A DNA stretch of 64,000 bases from Nitrospirota bacterium (lineage in GTDB: Bacteria; Nitrospirota; Thermodesulfovibrionia; Thermodesulfovibrionales; Dissulfurispiraceae). The notes under the pieces were generated by a model that saw only the letters and a list, made by a program, of their open reading frames with translations, had not been told where the DNA came from and searched no databases. The DNA lies in the NCBI GenBank assembly GCA_963790025.1, contig CAWBMP010000005.1, positions 288,001 through 352,000 of the forward strand, given 5' to 3'. The translations under genes and the position numbers were made by a program. This document shows positions 9,661 to 19,160 of the stretch, piece by piece. Position 1 is the stretch's first letter. Each line of letters begins with the position of its first letter.

Positions 9661-10127
9661 TTCTCATCTTTTTCTTGTCTTTCCGTCAGCTCAAGCATCA
9701 TGATCAGGGCGTTTTCTGCGGGGTTTATATAATAGTCTTTTCTTGTCCCGACGATCCTGAAGTGCAGTTTCTCGTACATTTTTTTTGCGGCAATATTCGA
9801 TATACGCACCTCCAAATAGAGAAAACGGCAGCCGTTCTTATAGAGGTCCCTCTTTGCGTCCTCGAACAATGCAGTTGCAATGCCCTGTCTGCGATAATCG
9901 GATTGCACCGTCAGGTTCATCAAATGCGCCTCATCGGAGATTTGTTTGGTGCAGATATATCCGATAATCTTTCCGCTGAGTTCCGCAACCCTTGTTATTG
10001 AATGACGGCTGTAGACCTCACTCAGGAAGGACGTTTCCGACCAAGGCATGGTGTATGATGTCTTTTCTATCGCAGCTATCTCGCGAACGTCGTCGGGGGA
10101 CATCTCTCTGATTATAATAGCGTTCAC
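9657..10127 (-). CDS. rimI: Ribosomal protein S18 alanine N-acetyltransferase
   Basis: GNAT with PWS, LEVRISN, RKDYY motifs; adjacent to tsaB. Confidence 0.9.
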   Translation of the reverse strand: MNAIIIREMSPDDVREIAAIEKTSYTMPWSETSFLSEVYSRHSITRVAELSGKIIGYICTKQISDEAHLMNLTVQSDYRRQGIATALFEDAKRDLYKNGCRFLYLEVRISNIAAKKMYEKLHFRIVGTRKDYYINPAENALIMMLELTERQEKDEK

Positions 10128-10171
10128 AAAAACCTCGTGGTAACCAGCAAGCAGTAAGAAGAAAAGGCTTA

Positions 10172-10867
10172 CTACTTGCTGCTTTTTAGCTCAGCTTCCG
10201 ACTTTCTCAAATATCTGGGTACGAGCATTACAGGATCATCAAAGATTTTGTTTCTGGCCTTTCTCATGCAGAGGTAAGCGACGTTCGCGGGTGACGGGAC
10301 CATGTCCTGGGACGCTCCGAAAAAAGCTTTTTCTCCAAGGGACGACTGAATGCGTTCTTTGTAAAGGAGAGCTCCCTCCCCAAGAAAAACAACGGATTGC
10401 CCTACGGCCCCAGGAAGCTTGCCAAGAAGGGAGTCGATTTTTATGGTTTGTTCGTCGATAATCTTTGTGAAACCATCCTTTGTCCATCCGAATACTCCAG
10501 CATACACTTCTTTTCTCCGGGCATCAAGCAAGGGACATACAAGATGCGGTGAAAACGGGACATTCCAGGCAAAAGCCTCCAGCGTTGAAACAGTAACAAC
10601 TTTCTTCCCGGTGGCGTAAGACAGACCTTTCACTGTGCTCAGACCCACCCTGAGCCCGGTGAACGAGCCCGGCCCCGCGGCAATCCCGAATACATCTATA
10701 ACATCTATAGTAAGGCCGGAGCCTTTGAGTGCGGTATCGATCTCAGCCATTATCCTCCCCGAATGGGTCGCCCTTATGTTCATCCTCGATTCGGCAATAA
10801 GGGTATCGTCATCCATGATTGCAATGCCGCCGAGCATGGTAGATGTTTCAATCGCAAGAAGTTTCAT
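10172..10867 (-). CDS. tsaB: tRNA threonylcarbamoyladenosine biosynthesis protein TsaB
   Basis: LAIETS, GPGSFTGLRVG, DARRKEVY, P.YLRKSEAE. Confidence 0.95.
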   Translation of the reverse strand: MKLLAIETSTMLGGIAIMDDDTLIAESRMNIRATHSGRIMAEIDTALKGSGLTIDVIDVFGIAAGPGSFTGLRVGLSTVKGLSYATGKKVVTVSTLEAFAWNVPFSPHLVCPLLDARRKEVYAGVFGWTKDGFTKIIDEQTIKIDSLLGKLPGAVGQSVVFLGEGALLYKERIQSSLGEKAFFGASQDMVPSPANVAYLCMRKARNKIFDDPVMLVPRYLRKSEAELKSSK

Positions 10868-12074
10868 CGCTGACGCATTCCTTTCTGAACTGTCTGAAAA
10901 ACATTATACTACCAATTATGCATACTAGCGCAAAAGATTTTAGTGCGGTGATGGTACCGACTGTTTCAGCTGCAAACCCGATAAAGGAATTACCCAGCGG
11001 TGCAAAGCCCAGAAAAACCAATATATAAAGGCTCATGACCCGTCCCCTCAGCTCATCAGGGACCCTTCTTTGTATGTAGCTGTTGGCAGTGGCGAGGTAA
11101 CTCACTATGCCCCAGCCGGCCGCAAAAATACATATCAGGGAAATATAAAAATTTGTTGAAAAAGACAAGAACAAAACCGCGGATGAAAAAATGAGCGCTG
11201 CAGAAGGAATAAAAATATCTTCCCTTTCGACCTTTCCCCTGAAAGCGATCATTACTGCTCCGAGCAGCGATCCCGCTCCTGCTGAGGCAACAAGAAAACT
11301 GAACCCTTTTGCCCCAACATTGAATATCCCGCCGGCAAGCACCGGCAGCAGCGTATAAAAAGGAATGCCGAACAAACTCAGGATCGAGATCAACATCATA
11401 ATATAAAAGACCGGCTTTTCCCTGACTACGAAATGCCAGCCTCCTGCTATTTCTTTAAAAAAGCTGCCGCTGTGAGTACTCATAGTCCCGCGTGCTTTCA
11501 TTCTTGATAAAGCGAAGATCACCGCGATAAAGCTTGCGGCATTCAGGTAAAAGCAGGCGGGCATGCCAAGGCTTGATATGACAAGCCCCGCAATTACCGG
11601 GCCGATGATCCGCGCACCGTTGAAAGCCGCTGAATTCAGCGCTATGGCATTGGTGATGGAGCTTTTATCGACTACCTCGGCCAGGAATGCCTGCCGCGCA
11701 GGGACATCGAAGGCATTGACGGTCCCCAGAAAGGCAGCCAAAATACCGACATGAACTACGGTGACGGTTTTTGTTTCTGTCAATATGCCCAGCACAAGGG
11801 CCGGTACCACGGACAATACCTGCGTAAGAATAAGAATGTTTCGCTTCGGATAACGGTCCGCAGCCATGCCTCCGACAAGCGTAAAGAGGAGAATTGGCAA
11901 TGAGGCAACGGAAGCTATGATACCGAGATAAAGAGGAGATTTCGTCAGAGAATAGACGAGCCAGCTCTGTGCCACGGATTGCATCCATGTGCCTGATAGA
12001 GAAATTAGCTGTCCAAACCAGAAGAGCCGAAAATCCCTGACGTATAAAGCCGAAAATCGCTGATTGATTTCCAT
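10848..12074 (-). CDS. MFS transporter (MFS_3-like)
   Basis: FRLFWFGQLISLSGTWMQ, about 12 TM segments, RGRVMS. Confidence 0.9.
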   Translation of the reverse strand: MEINQRFSALYVRDFRLFWFGQLISLSGTWMQSVAQSWLVYSLTKSPLYLGIIASVASLPILLFTLVGGMAADRYPKRNILILTQVLSVVPALVLGILTETKTVTVVHVGILAAFLGTVNAFDVPARQAFLAEVVDKSSITNAIALNSAAFNGARIIGPVIAGLVISSLGMPACFYLNAASFIAVIFALSRMKARGTMSTHSGSFFKEIAGGWHFVVREKPVFYIMMLISILSLFGIPFYTLLPVLAGGIFNVGAKGFSFLVASAGAGSLLGAVMIAFRGKVEREDIFIPSAALIFSSAVLFLSFSTNFYISLICIFAAGWGIVSYLATANSYIQRRVPDELRGRVMSLYILVFLGFAPLGNSFIGFAAETVGTITALKSFALVCIIGSIMFFRQFRKECVSDETSCD

Positions 12075-12142
12075 TCTATATACTTATAATACCCTAAAAC
12101 GAGTACAGTGTTCTGAGTTCGGCGTTAACGGACGCCGGGCGC

Positions 12143-12171
12143 TTGACGCTCTGCTTAAAAGAGCATATAAT
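12143..12171 (+). promoter_or_regulatory. Sigma70 promoter of zur-znuACB
   Basis: TTGACG-17 nt-TATAAT. Confidence 0.75.
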
Positions 12172-12172
12172 A

Positions 12173-12195
12173 TAAACAAAAATCATTTCCATTTA
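12173..12195. promoter_or_regulatory. Probable Zur/Fur-type operator
   Basis: 11-1-11 imperfect palindrome TAAACAAAAAT-C-ATTTCCATTTA overlapping the predicted transcription start. Confidence 0.6.
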
Positions 12196-12210
12196 CTAAT
12201 ATTTACTATA

Positions 12211-12670
12211 GTGAGTAAAGATATAATACACGACACTTTTGCACTGACCTTAAAAGAATTGAGTATGAAGGTCACACCCAGGCGGCTGGCTATTCTCGAT
12301 ATTATGTACGGGCAGCCTGTTTACATCAGCCCGGAGGAGATTCTGGGGAAAAATGAAAAAGAGGTTCTCAAAAATTGGGTTACCCACTGTTTACCGTAAC
12401 CTCGAAGAACTTTCGATTGGTGGGATCATTACAAAGGTCATTCATCCCAACAGGCAGTTGTATTACTATTTCTGCCGCAACACAAGCCACCATCACCATT
12501 TTATTTGTCTCTCCTGCCGCAGGGTGGAGGACCTGGACCTCTGTGGTATAAAGGGCATGGAGAAGAGCATTGAGAAAACAGTGAGAGGAAAAGTCCTCTC
12601 TCATCTGATACAAATTAACGGACTGTGCAACAGGTGCACGGATAAAAGAAACAAAACCACTAAGCAGTAA
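12211..12670 (+). pseudogene. zur: Fur-family (Zur) regulator split by a +1 frameshift near 12341-12352
   Basis: N-half KVTPRRLAIL...SPEEI in one frame; C-half IGLPTVYRNL...HHHHFICLSC...GLCNRC in the next; removing one base restores EEIWGKMKKR. Confidence 0.8.
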
Positions 12671-12716
12671 ACACCAAAAGATTAAAAGAGATCACTGTTT
12701 TCAGGTAGAGGATATT

Positions 12717-13697
12717 ATGAGACGATTTGCGGGGCTCAATGTTTTACTTATTATCGCCTTTGCAGTCATACTTGCAGTTTGCGCGCTTTCCTGCCGTAAA
12801 AAAGCGGAGAATGCTTTGGACAAAAATAGGTTAACGGTTGTAACGAGCCTGTTCCCGCTTTATGATTTTGCCAAAAACATAGGAGGTGTCAGGGCTGACG
12901 TCTCGCTGCTCCTGCCTCCCGGGGTTGAACCCCACAGTTTTGAACCCACTCCTGACGACATCATCCGGCTCGGTAAGGCTGATATATTTATTTATACTAA
13001 CAACTATATGGAGCCATGGACCAATGATATTCTCAAGGGTATCAACAATCCGGGCCTCGTCATCGTGAATTCAAGCAAAAATATCGAGATGTTCAGGGAA
13101 TATGAGAATGAGCATAAGGGCAGCGGCAAAAAACACGAAAGGGAAGGGGAAGCGCACGAACACGGTGGAATGGACCCGCATGTATGGCTTGATTTCACTA
13201 ACGCAGCGAAAATGATTGACGCTATTTCTGAGGGGTTTTCTAAGAAAGACCCTATGCATGTGGAGTTTTACCGGCAAAACGCGGAATCGTACAAGGCAAA
13301 ACTGCTTGCGCTCGATAAAAAATTCAGTGAATCGCTTGCCGGTTGCAAAAAAAGGGTCTTCCTGAGCGGGGGGCATTATTCCTTCGGCTATCTTGCAAGA
13401 AGATATAATCTTCACTATATGTCGGCGTACGGCTTCTCGCCCGACGCCGAACCCAATGCAAAAGACCTTATTGACCTGAGCAAAGAGCTGAAGAGGAACG
13501 GCTTGCACCACATATTCTATGAAGAGCTTATTTCTCCGCGTGTGGCCCAGACTATTGCCGGGGAAACAGGTGCAAAGCTCCTGCCGCTCAGCGGTGCACA
13601 CAATGTCTCCCGCGACCAACTGAACAGGAACGTAACGTTTTTGTCTCTTATGGAGGAAAATCTTGAAAACCTCAAGACGGGTCTCGAATGCCGGTAA
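12717..13697 (+). CDS. znuA: Zinc ABC transporter substrate-binding protein
   Basis: GVEPHSFEP, His-rich loop, DPHVWLD; lipobox-like LSC. Confidence 0.9.
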   Translation: MRRFAGLNVLLIIAFAVILAVCALSCRKKAENALDKNRLTVVTSLFPLYDFAKNIGGVRADVSLLLPPGVEPHSFEPTPDDIIRLGKADIFIYTNNYMEPWTNDILKGINNPGLVIVNSSKNIEMFREYENEHKGSGKKHEREGEAHEHGGMDPHVWLDFTNAAKMIDAISEGFSKKDPMHVEFYRQNAESYKAKLLALDKKFSESLAGCKKRVFLSGGHYSFGYLARRYNLHYMSAYGFSPDAEPNAKDLIDLSKELKRNGLHHIFYEELISPRVAQTIAGETGAKLLPLSGAHNVSRDQLNRNVTFLSLMEENLENLKTGLECR

Positions 13698-14440
13698 ACG
13701 TACTTTCAGTGCGCGATCTGAGCATTTCCTATAATTCGATTGAAGCGCTCAGCGGCCTGTCCTTCGACATAAGATCGGGGGATTATGTGGGTCTTGTAGG
13801 TCCGAACGGATCGGGCAAGTCTACGCTGGTAAAATCGATACTCGGACTTGTAAAACCATTAAAAGGAACAATTACCCTTTTCGGACATCCCCTTGCCGAA
13901 TTCCGGCATTGGAACAGGGTAGGCTACCTTCCGCAGAAGATGCACGCATTCAATCCTCATTTCCCTTCCACGGTAAGGGAAGTGGTCGCGTTGGGACTCA
14001 TCTCCAGGAAGAAATTTCCGAGACGGGTTGCCAAATCCGATGAGGCGGCGATTATACATATGCTCGAACTGCTCAATATAACGAATATTGCAAACAAATT
14101 AATAGGCGAGCTTTCGGGCGGACAGCTTCAAAGGGTATTTATCGCAAGGGCATTGATAAATGATCCTGAGCTTATAATTCTTGATGAGCCGACTACCGCC
14201 CTTGACCCGGAAACGAGGGAGAACTTTTTTTCACTTATACGGGACGTTAACCGCGAGCGGGATGCGACTATCATTCTCGTCACTCACGATATCGGAACTA
14301 TCGGGGCTCACGCATCCAAACTCCTATACCTGGATAAAAAGGTCATTTTCTATGGCAGCTTCGATGAGTTCTGCCTTTCCGATACAATGTCGAATTTCTT
14401 CGGGAGCTCATCGCAGCACATTATTTGTCATAAACACTGA
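13688..14440 (+). CDS. znuC: Zinc ABC transporter ATPase
   Basis: GPNGSGKS, LSGGQ, ILDEPT, VTHD. Confidence 0.9.
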   Translation: MPVNVLSVRDLSISYNSIEALSGLSFDIRSGDYVGLVGPNGSGKSTLVKSILGLVKPLKGTITLFGHPLAEFRHWNRVGYLPQKMHAFNPHFPSTVREVVALGLISRKKFPRRVAKSDEAAIIHMLELLNITNIANKLIGELSGGQLQRVFIARALINDPELIILDEPTTALDPETRENFFSLIRDVNRERDATIILVTHDIGTIGAHASKLLYLDKKVIFYGSFDEFCLSDTMSNFFGSSSQHIICHKH

Positions 14441-14537
14441 AAGACAAGGTAGAGGCAAAGGTATAGGCAAAGAAAATACAAAAAGGTACAGATAGATTTT
14501 TTTTCTTTGCCTTTACCTTTACCTTTGCCTGTCTTTT
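14441..14537. repeat. Hexamer-repeat hairpin between znuC and znuB
   Basis: agacaaggtagaggcaaaggtataggcaaagaaaa pairs with ttttctttgcctttacctttacctttgcctgtct. Confidence 0.7.
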
Positions 14538-14543
14538 TGGAGG

Positions 14544-15371
14544 GTGATTGTGGATATTCGTGAGCTGTTGAGCTATGCATTCATTCAGAGGGCGTTGCTT
14601 GCCGGGTCTTTTATTGCGGTACTCTGCGCCACTCTGGGAGTGCTCCTTGTTCTCAGAAGGTTTTCGCTTATCGGAGACGGGCTGGCACATGTAACGTTCG
14701 GTAGCGTGGCTCTCGGCCTGGTGTTGAAGGTAAACCCGCTTTATGCATCGATCCCGCTGGTCGTGGCAAGCTCTCTTGGGATATTGAAACTGACGCAAAA
14801 AGCGCGCATTTATGGCGACGCAGCCGTCGGTATTGTATCATCACTCGGCATTGCGGGAGGCGTGCTGCTGGCCAGCAGGGCCGGCGGGTTCAATGTCGAT
14901 CTTTTCAGTTATCTCTTCGGCAATATATTGTCGATCAGCAGGGGAGACGTGATTACCGCAATTTCTGTATCCCTGATTGTTTTGCTGGTGGTCTATTTCT
15001 ATTATCAGGAGATATTTTCGCTTACTTTTGATGAAGAATTCGCAAAGGCCTCGGGAATCAATGCTGAAAGAATCAGCGAGCTCATAGTCATGCTGACAGC
15101 TGTAACGGTCGTCTTGACCATGAAAATCGTGGGAATTATGCTTACCTCAGCGCTTCTGATTTTGCCGGCCGTAACTGCATTCCAGGTGGCCAGAGGATTC
15201 AGGAACGCCATTATTATTGCGTCCGCAGTCTCGCTGTTATCGGTTTTTTCAGGAATCGCGTTGTCCTTTTTCTTGAATCTCCCGGCCGGCGCATCGATCG
15301 TAATTATAAATTTCCTTTTCTTTATAATCATTTTTGCTTTCAGGCACATCCGCTCACGAATTGCAGGATGA
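14544..15371 (+). CDS. znuB: Zinc ABC transporter permease
   Basis: LIGDGLAH, YLFGNIL, TFDEEFA motifs. Confidence 0.9.
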   Translation: MIVDIRELLSYAFIQRALLAGSFIAVLCATLGVLLVLRRFSLIGDGLAHVTFGSVALGLVLKVNPLYASIPLVVASSLGILKLTQKARIYGDAAVGIVSSLGIAGGVLLASRAGGFNVDLFSYLFGNILSISRGDVITAISVSLIVLLVVYFYYQEIFSLTFDEEFAKASGINAERISELIVMLTAVTVVLTMKIVGIMLTSALLILPAVTAFQVARGFRNAIIIASAVSLLSVFSGIALSFFLNLPAGASIVIINFLFFIIIFAFRHIRSRIAG

Positions 15372-15466
15372 CATTTTTATCATAAAAAAACTTGCAATCT
15401 GGTTTGTTTGGTGCTAAGTTTTATATAGTATTATCTATTAATTATAAGGAGGAGGTGAAAAAAAGG

Positions 15467-15811
15467 ATGAGGAAAACAATACTTTTAGCGGTAGTAGCAG
15501 TTTTTATAGCTTTTGGGTGTGCTTCCCAGGATTATGTAAAACAGCAGATTGATCCTCTCGTCGATAGGATCAGCAAGCTTGAGGCACGCGTATCGGCTTT
15601 GGAAACTAAAGTGAATGCCCTCGAAAAAATGGGTGCGGATGTTCAGGGAGCAAAGAGGGATGCTGCCGATGCAAAGGCGATGGCAGCAGAATTATCGAAA
15701 TGCTGCAAAGACTCTGAGGCAGCAGCTGCGAGAGCAGAAGCTGCTGCAGAAAGGGCCGAGAAAGCGCTTGGCAAGAGTGAAAAGGCATTTGAATTACAGC
15801 AAAAGAAATAG
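15467..15811 (+). CDS. Lpp/OprI-like alanine-zipper lipoprotein
   Basis: SD AAGGAGGAGG; lipobox FGC; coiled coil; Ala-rich; C-terminal KK. Confidence 0.75.
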   Translation: MRKTILLAVVAVFIAFGCASQDYVKQQIDPLVDRISKLEARVSALETKVNALEKMGADVQGAKRDAADAKAMAAELSKCCKDSEAAAARAEAAAERAEKALGKSEKAFELQQKK

Positions 15812-15824
15812 ATTTTTGCGGACC

Positions 15825-15867
15825 ACTCCTATAGGGGTTCTCCTTCAAGAGCAACCTCTATAGGAGT
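15825..15867. terminator. Long hairpin at a convergent gene junction
   Basis: actcctatag gggtt...aacc t ctataggagt. Confidence 0.6.
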
Positions 15868-16770
15868 TTCTTCTTGATTTTTGTCCGTTGAAATCTCAAC
15901 GGCGAACCCGCTCTTGTTGAAGAGTGCATGGAATAATTTAATGGAGCTGATCTGGCCGAGAAGATGTTTCTTCGCCAGCAGTGCGACTGCCATTTTGTGA
16001 TAGTCATCCTCTTTTATCGTCTCATCCTTGTGCACTTCTATATATACTTTGCCTTCCTTTATACCTATCTTTACCGGTTGGCGGACAATAGTGACCCTCG
16101 TTCCTATGGACACCATCCTGAAAAGTTTTGGAATATCCTCGGGATAAAGCCTGAGACATCCATGACTCGCCTTTCTGCCGACAGCAAACGGCCTGTCTGT
16201 TCCATGAATGAGAACGGATGGCAGCGAAAGCCGCAGGGCGTGGGACCCCATGGGATTGTTGGGACCAGGTGGAACAACAAGGGGCAGTTCAGGGTGTTCC
16301 TTTCTTATTGATGCCGGCACATGCCAGGCCGGCTTGACAATCTTCTCCATGACCCTGAATGAGCCTACTGGGGTCTCCGTCCCCTGGCTGCCGATTCCGA
16401 TCGGGAAGGTGGTAATGTGTGTTTGGCTGCCCTTTCCGGAAAAGAAGTATAGCCTTAATTCCGAGAGATTGATAACAATACCGTTATAGACCTTAATATC
16501 CGGCAATATCCACGACGTAGGTATTAGTACGGACTCGCCTGCTCCCGGCAAAAAAGGATCGAGGGCTGGATTTGCATCGACAATTGCATTGTAGCCGAGG
16601 TCGAATTTCCGGGCCAGTTCTATAAGCGACTCGCTTTTGTCCGTAATCGTATAAGTCCCTACAGTTCCGATAACTGTGGCATCTTTATTATATAGATATC
16701 CTTCTGCAAGTGCCGCCGAAGGTACTGCAAAAATCATTATAATTGTCAGGAAAAACGCTCTGTTACTCAT
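15829..16770 (-). CDS. L,D-transpeptidase (ErfK/YbiS/YcfS family) with LysM-like N-terminus
   Basis: IVINLSELRLY, PPGPNNPMG, IHGT...SHGCLRL. Confidence 0.9.
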   Translation of the reverse strand: MSNRAFFLTIIMIFAVPSAALAEGYLYNKDATVIGTVGTYTITDKSESLIELARKFDLGYNAIVDANPALDPFLPGAGESVLIPTSWILPDIKVYNGIVINLSELRLYFFSGKGSQTHITTFPIGIGSQGTETPVGSFRVMEKIVKPAWHVPASIRKEHPELPLVVPPGPNNPMGSHALRLSLPSVLIHGTDRPFAVGRKASHGCLRLYPEDIPKLFRMVSIGTRVTIVRQPVKIGIKEGKVYIEVHKDETIKEDDYHKMAVALLAKKHLLGQISSIKLFHALFNKSGFAVEISTDKNQEETPIEVALEGEPL

Positions 16771-16910
16771 ACCGATATGTATGATAAAAGACTTTCCGTT
16801 ATGAATGCAACAAGGTTATAGATAGTGGGTCTGTTTGTTTTTGCTCCGGACAATTAATCTTGGGCTGTAATTGACAAAAAACTGTGTGGTATAGTTTAAT
16901 ATATGTTCTT

Positions 16911-16986
16911 GGGCGGATAGCTCAGCTGGGAGAGCGCAGCCCTTACAAGGCTGATGTCACAGGTTCGATCCCTGTTCCGCCTACCA
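16911..16986 (+). tRNA. tRNA-Val(TAC)
   Basis: Cloverleaf; anticodon arm cagcc-ctTACaa-ggctg; GTTCGA; CCA end. Confidence 0.97.
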
Positions 16987-17059
16987 TATTACAGTGATCA
17001 TTGATGAAAGATCAGTGAACAGAAAGTAAAACGTGATTTTCTCTCACGGCTTTTAGATT

Positions 17060-17136
17060 GGGGTGGTAGTTCAGCTGGTTAGAACGCCTGCCTGTCACGC
17101 AGGAGGTCGCGGGTTCGAGCCCCGTCCGCCCCGCCA
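17060..17136 (+). tRNA. tRNA-Asp(GTC)
   Basis: Cloverleaf; cctgc-ctGTCac-gcagg; GTTCGA; CCA end. Confidence 0.97.
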
Positions 17137-17165
17137 GTTTCTTTAAATTACATCTATTTGATTTA

Positions 17166-17200
17166 TAAGGGTTTGTAGTGATACAAGCCCTTATTTTTTG
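17166..17200 (+). terminator. Rho-independent terminator after the tRNAs
   Basis: ataagggtttgta-gtga-tacaagcccttat followed by a T run. Confidence 0.7.
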
Positions 17201-17391
17201 GCCCAAAACACCCCTATTTTGGGTGCAGTAATGGTGCAGTAAACGGGAAAATGGTTCTTTTTTGGGTTCCTTTCCCACGTGCCGGAATGTCTTGAAATTT
17301 CTGCTCTCTTAATCAAGACTCCATGTAAACTATGTCATACTCTTTTTTGCAAATTAGAAATAATATTTCTATAATGTAAAATGAAGGAAAT

Positions 17392-18324
17392 GGGGTCAGG
17401 TCTATAATGTTTTACATGTTCATGATGAATCTGATAAATTGGCTGTTATGGCTCGACCGTTGCGCATACAATATCCTGGCGCTGTATATCATGTTACTTC
17501 TCGTGGAAACGAGAAGAAGTCAATTTTCAGGGATGACGCTGACCGTGAAACATTCCTTGGGATTCTTGTCGATATCAATAGACGGTACAATTGGCTATGC
17601 CATGCCTACTGTCTGATGGATAACCATTATCATTTGATGATTGAAACGCCGGATGGAAATCTGTCCATAGGGATGAGGCAATTAAACAGTGTCTACACCC
17701 AGGCTTACAACAAAAAGCGCAACCGATCAGGTCATCTGTTGCAGGGTAGATATAAGGCTATTGTGATCCAGAAAGACAGTCATCTTCTTGAAGTGTGCCG
17801 ATATGTTGTGCTGAATCCGGTACGTGCGCACATAGTTGAACAGCCTGAAGATTGGAAATGGTCCAGCTACGGGGAAACCGCAGGAAAGAAAACGCCTCAT
17901 CCGTGTCTTACCACTGACTGGATACTAGGGCAATTCAGCGAGGAAAGGAGTGAGGCAGAAAGAAAATACCGTGAGTTTGTGAAATCAGGCATCGAACAAG
18001 AAAGTATTTGGAATGCTGTTAAGGGCCAGGTAGTTCTCGGAAAAGAAGAATTCGTTGATAGCCTGAATCATCATCTCAATAAACATAAGAATATTGCCGA
18101 AATATCCAAAACGCAACGGTATGTCAACAGACCCGGGTTGGATAGCATATTCAGCAAAAACATATTAATGGATAAAAGTCAGAGGGACAGCAAAATAATT
18201 ACTGCTGTCTACGAATTTGGATATACTCAGCGGGCAATCGCAAATCATCTCAATTTGCATTTTACATATATAAGCCGGGTTGTTCGAGGGCATGCAAAAA
18301 GGTAAATATTATAGACCTGACCCC
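17392..18324 (+). mobile_element. Y1 (HUH) RAYT-like transposase cassette bounded by 17-bp perfect inverted repeats
   Basis: ggggtcaggtctataat (17392-17408) and attatagacctgacccc (18308-18324). Confidence 0.75.
17448..18305 (+). CDS. REP-associated/IS200-like tyrosine transposase with C-terminal HTH
   Basis: MARPLR, YHVTSRGN, AYCLMDNHYH (HUH), YVVLNPVRA, WKWSSY. Confidence 0.9.
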   Translation: MARPLRIQYPGAVYHVTSRGNEKKSIFRDDADRETFLGILVDINRRYNWLCHAYCLMDNHYHLMIETPDGNLSIGMRQLNSVYTQAYNKKRNRSGHLLQGRYKAIVIQKDSHLLEVCRYVVLNPVRAHIVEQPEDWKWSSYGETAGKKTPHPCLTTDWILGQFSEERSEAERKYREFVKSGIEQESIWNAVKGQVVLGKEEFVDSLNHHLNKHKNIAEISKTQRYVNRPGLDSIFSKNILMDKSQRDSKIITAVYEFGYTQRAIANHLNLHFTYISRVVRGHAKR

Positions 18325-18362
18325 GTTCCTTGTGTGACGTTTCACTTTCACCTTGAGCAGTG

Positions 18363-19118
18363 ATGGCCGAACGAACTCAATTTTGCCTGCCTGTTTTTTT
18401 GGCATTTGTTCTATTTATTAACGCCCCTGAGGCGCTCGCCGGGCCTCCTTTTATAACAGATGATCCTGAACCTGTCGAGTATAAGCATGGAGAATTCTAT
18501 GTCGCCTCACAGGCAAGCCATAATGGTAATGGAACATCAGGCACACTGCCGCACTTTGAATGCAACTATGGCCCGATGCCGGATGTGATGCTCCACGTGA
18601 TAGCGCCTTTTGCCTATAACAGACCACATGGAGGTTCGATGCAATGGGGGTACGGAGATACGGAAATCGGACTCAAATACCGATTTGTTGACGAAACGGA
18701 GGATGTTCCAATGCTGGGAATTTTTCCTCTTGTGGAATTGCCCTCGGGAGACGGTTCGCGAGGGCTTGGAAATCACCTAACCAGATTTTTTGTACCGCTC
18801 TGGGCGCAAAAAAGTTTTGGACGGTGGACTATTTATGGCGGTGGAGGCTATTGGTATAATCCCGGACCTAACAACAGGAATTACTGGCAGACCGGGGCGG
18901 TAGTACTCCGTGACCTTTCTAAAAGCATTGCGGTCGGCGCGGAAGTTTTCAATTTTACTGCAAAAACAGTTGGTGCGCAGAACGAGACGGGTTTCAATAT
19001 AGGCGCGATCATAAATATCACGGCAGACCATCATATCCTTTTTTCGGCGGGACGTGATTTTCACGGAGCCGACATAAATACTGTTAATACTTATGTTGCA
19101 TATCAATTCACTTTTTGA
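18363..19118 (+). CDS. Putative outer-membrane beta-barrel/transporter-family protein
   Basis: Signal peptide, GPPFITDDPEP, GDTEIGLKYRF, terminal YQFTF. Confidence 0.6.
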   Translation: MAERTQFCLPVFLAFVLFINAPEALAGPPFITDDPEPVEYKHGEFYVASQASHNGNGTSGTLPHFECNYGPMPDVMLHVIAPFAYNRPHGGSMQWGYGDTEIGLKYRFVDETEDVPMLGIFPLVELPSGDGSRGLGNHLTRFFVPLWAQKSFGRWTIYGGGGYWYNPGPNNRNYWQTGAVVLRDLSKSIAVGAEVFNFTAKTVGAQNETGFNIGAIINITADHHILFSAGRDFHGADINTVNTYVAYQFTF

Positions 19119-19160
19119 TTATTAAGAGAAAAAACATGAATTTCTTGTCCATTTTCGTCC

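Noticed and set aside
12345..12353. Programmed -1 frameshift at GGGGAAAAA in zur
   Set aside because: The required shift is +1 and no stimulatory structure is evident
17012..17278. 88-aa minus-strand ORF
   Set aside because: Antisense shadow of tRNA-Asp
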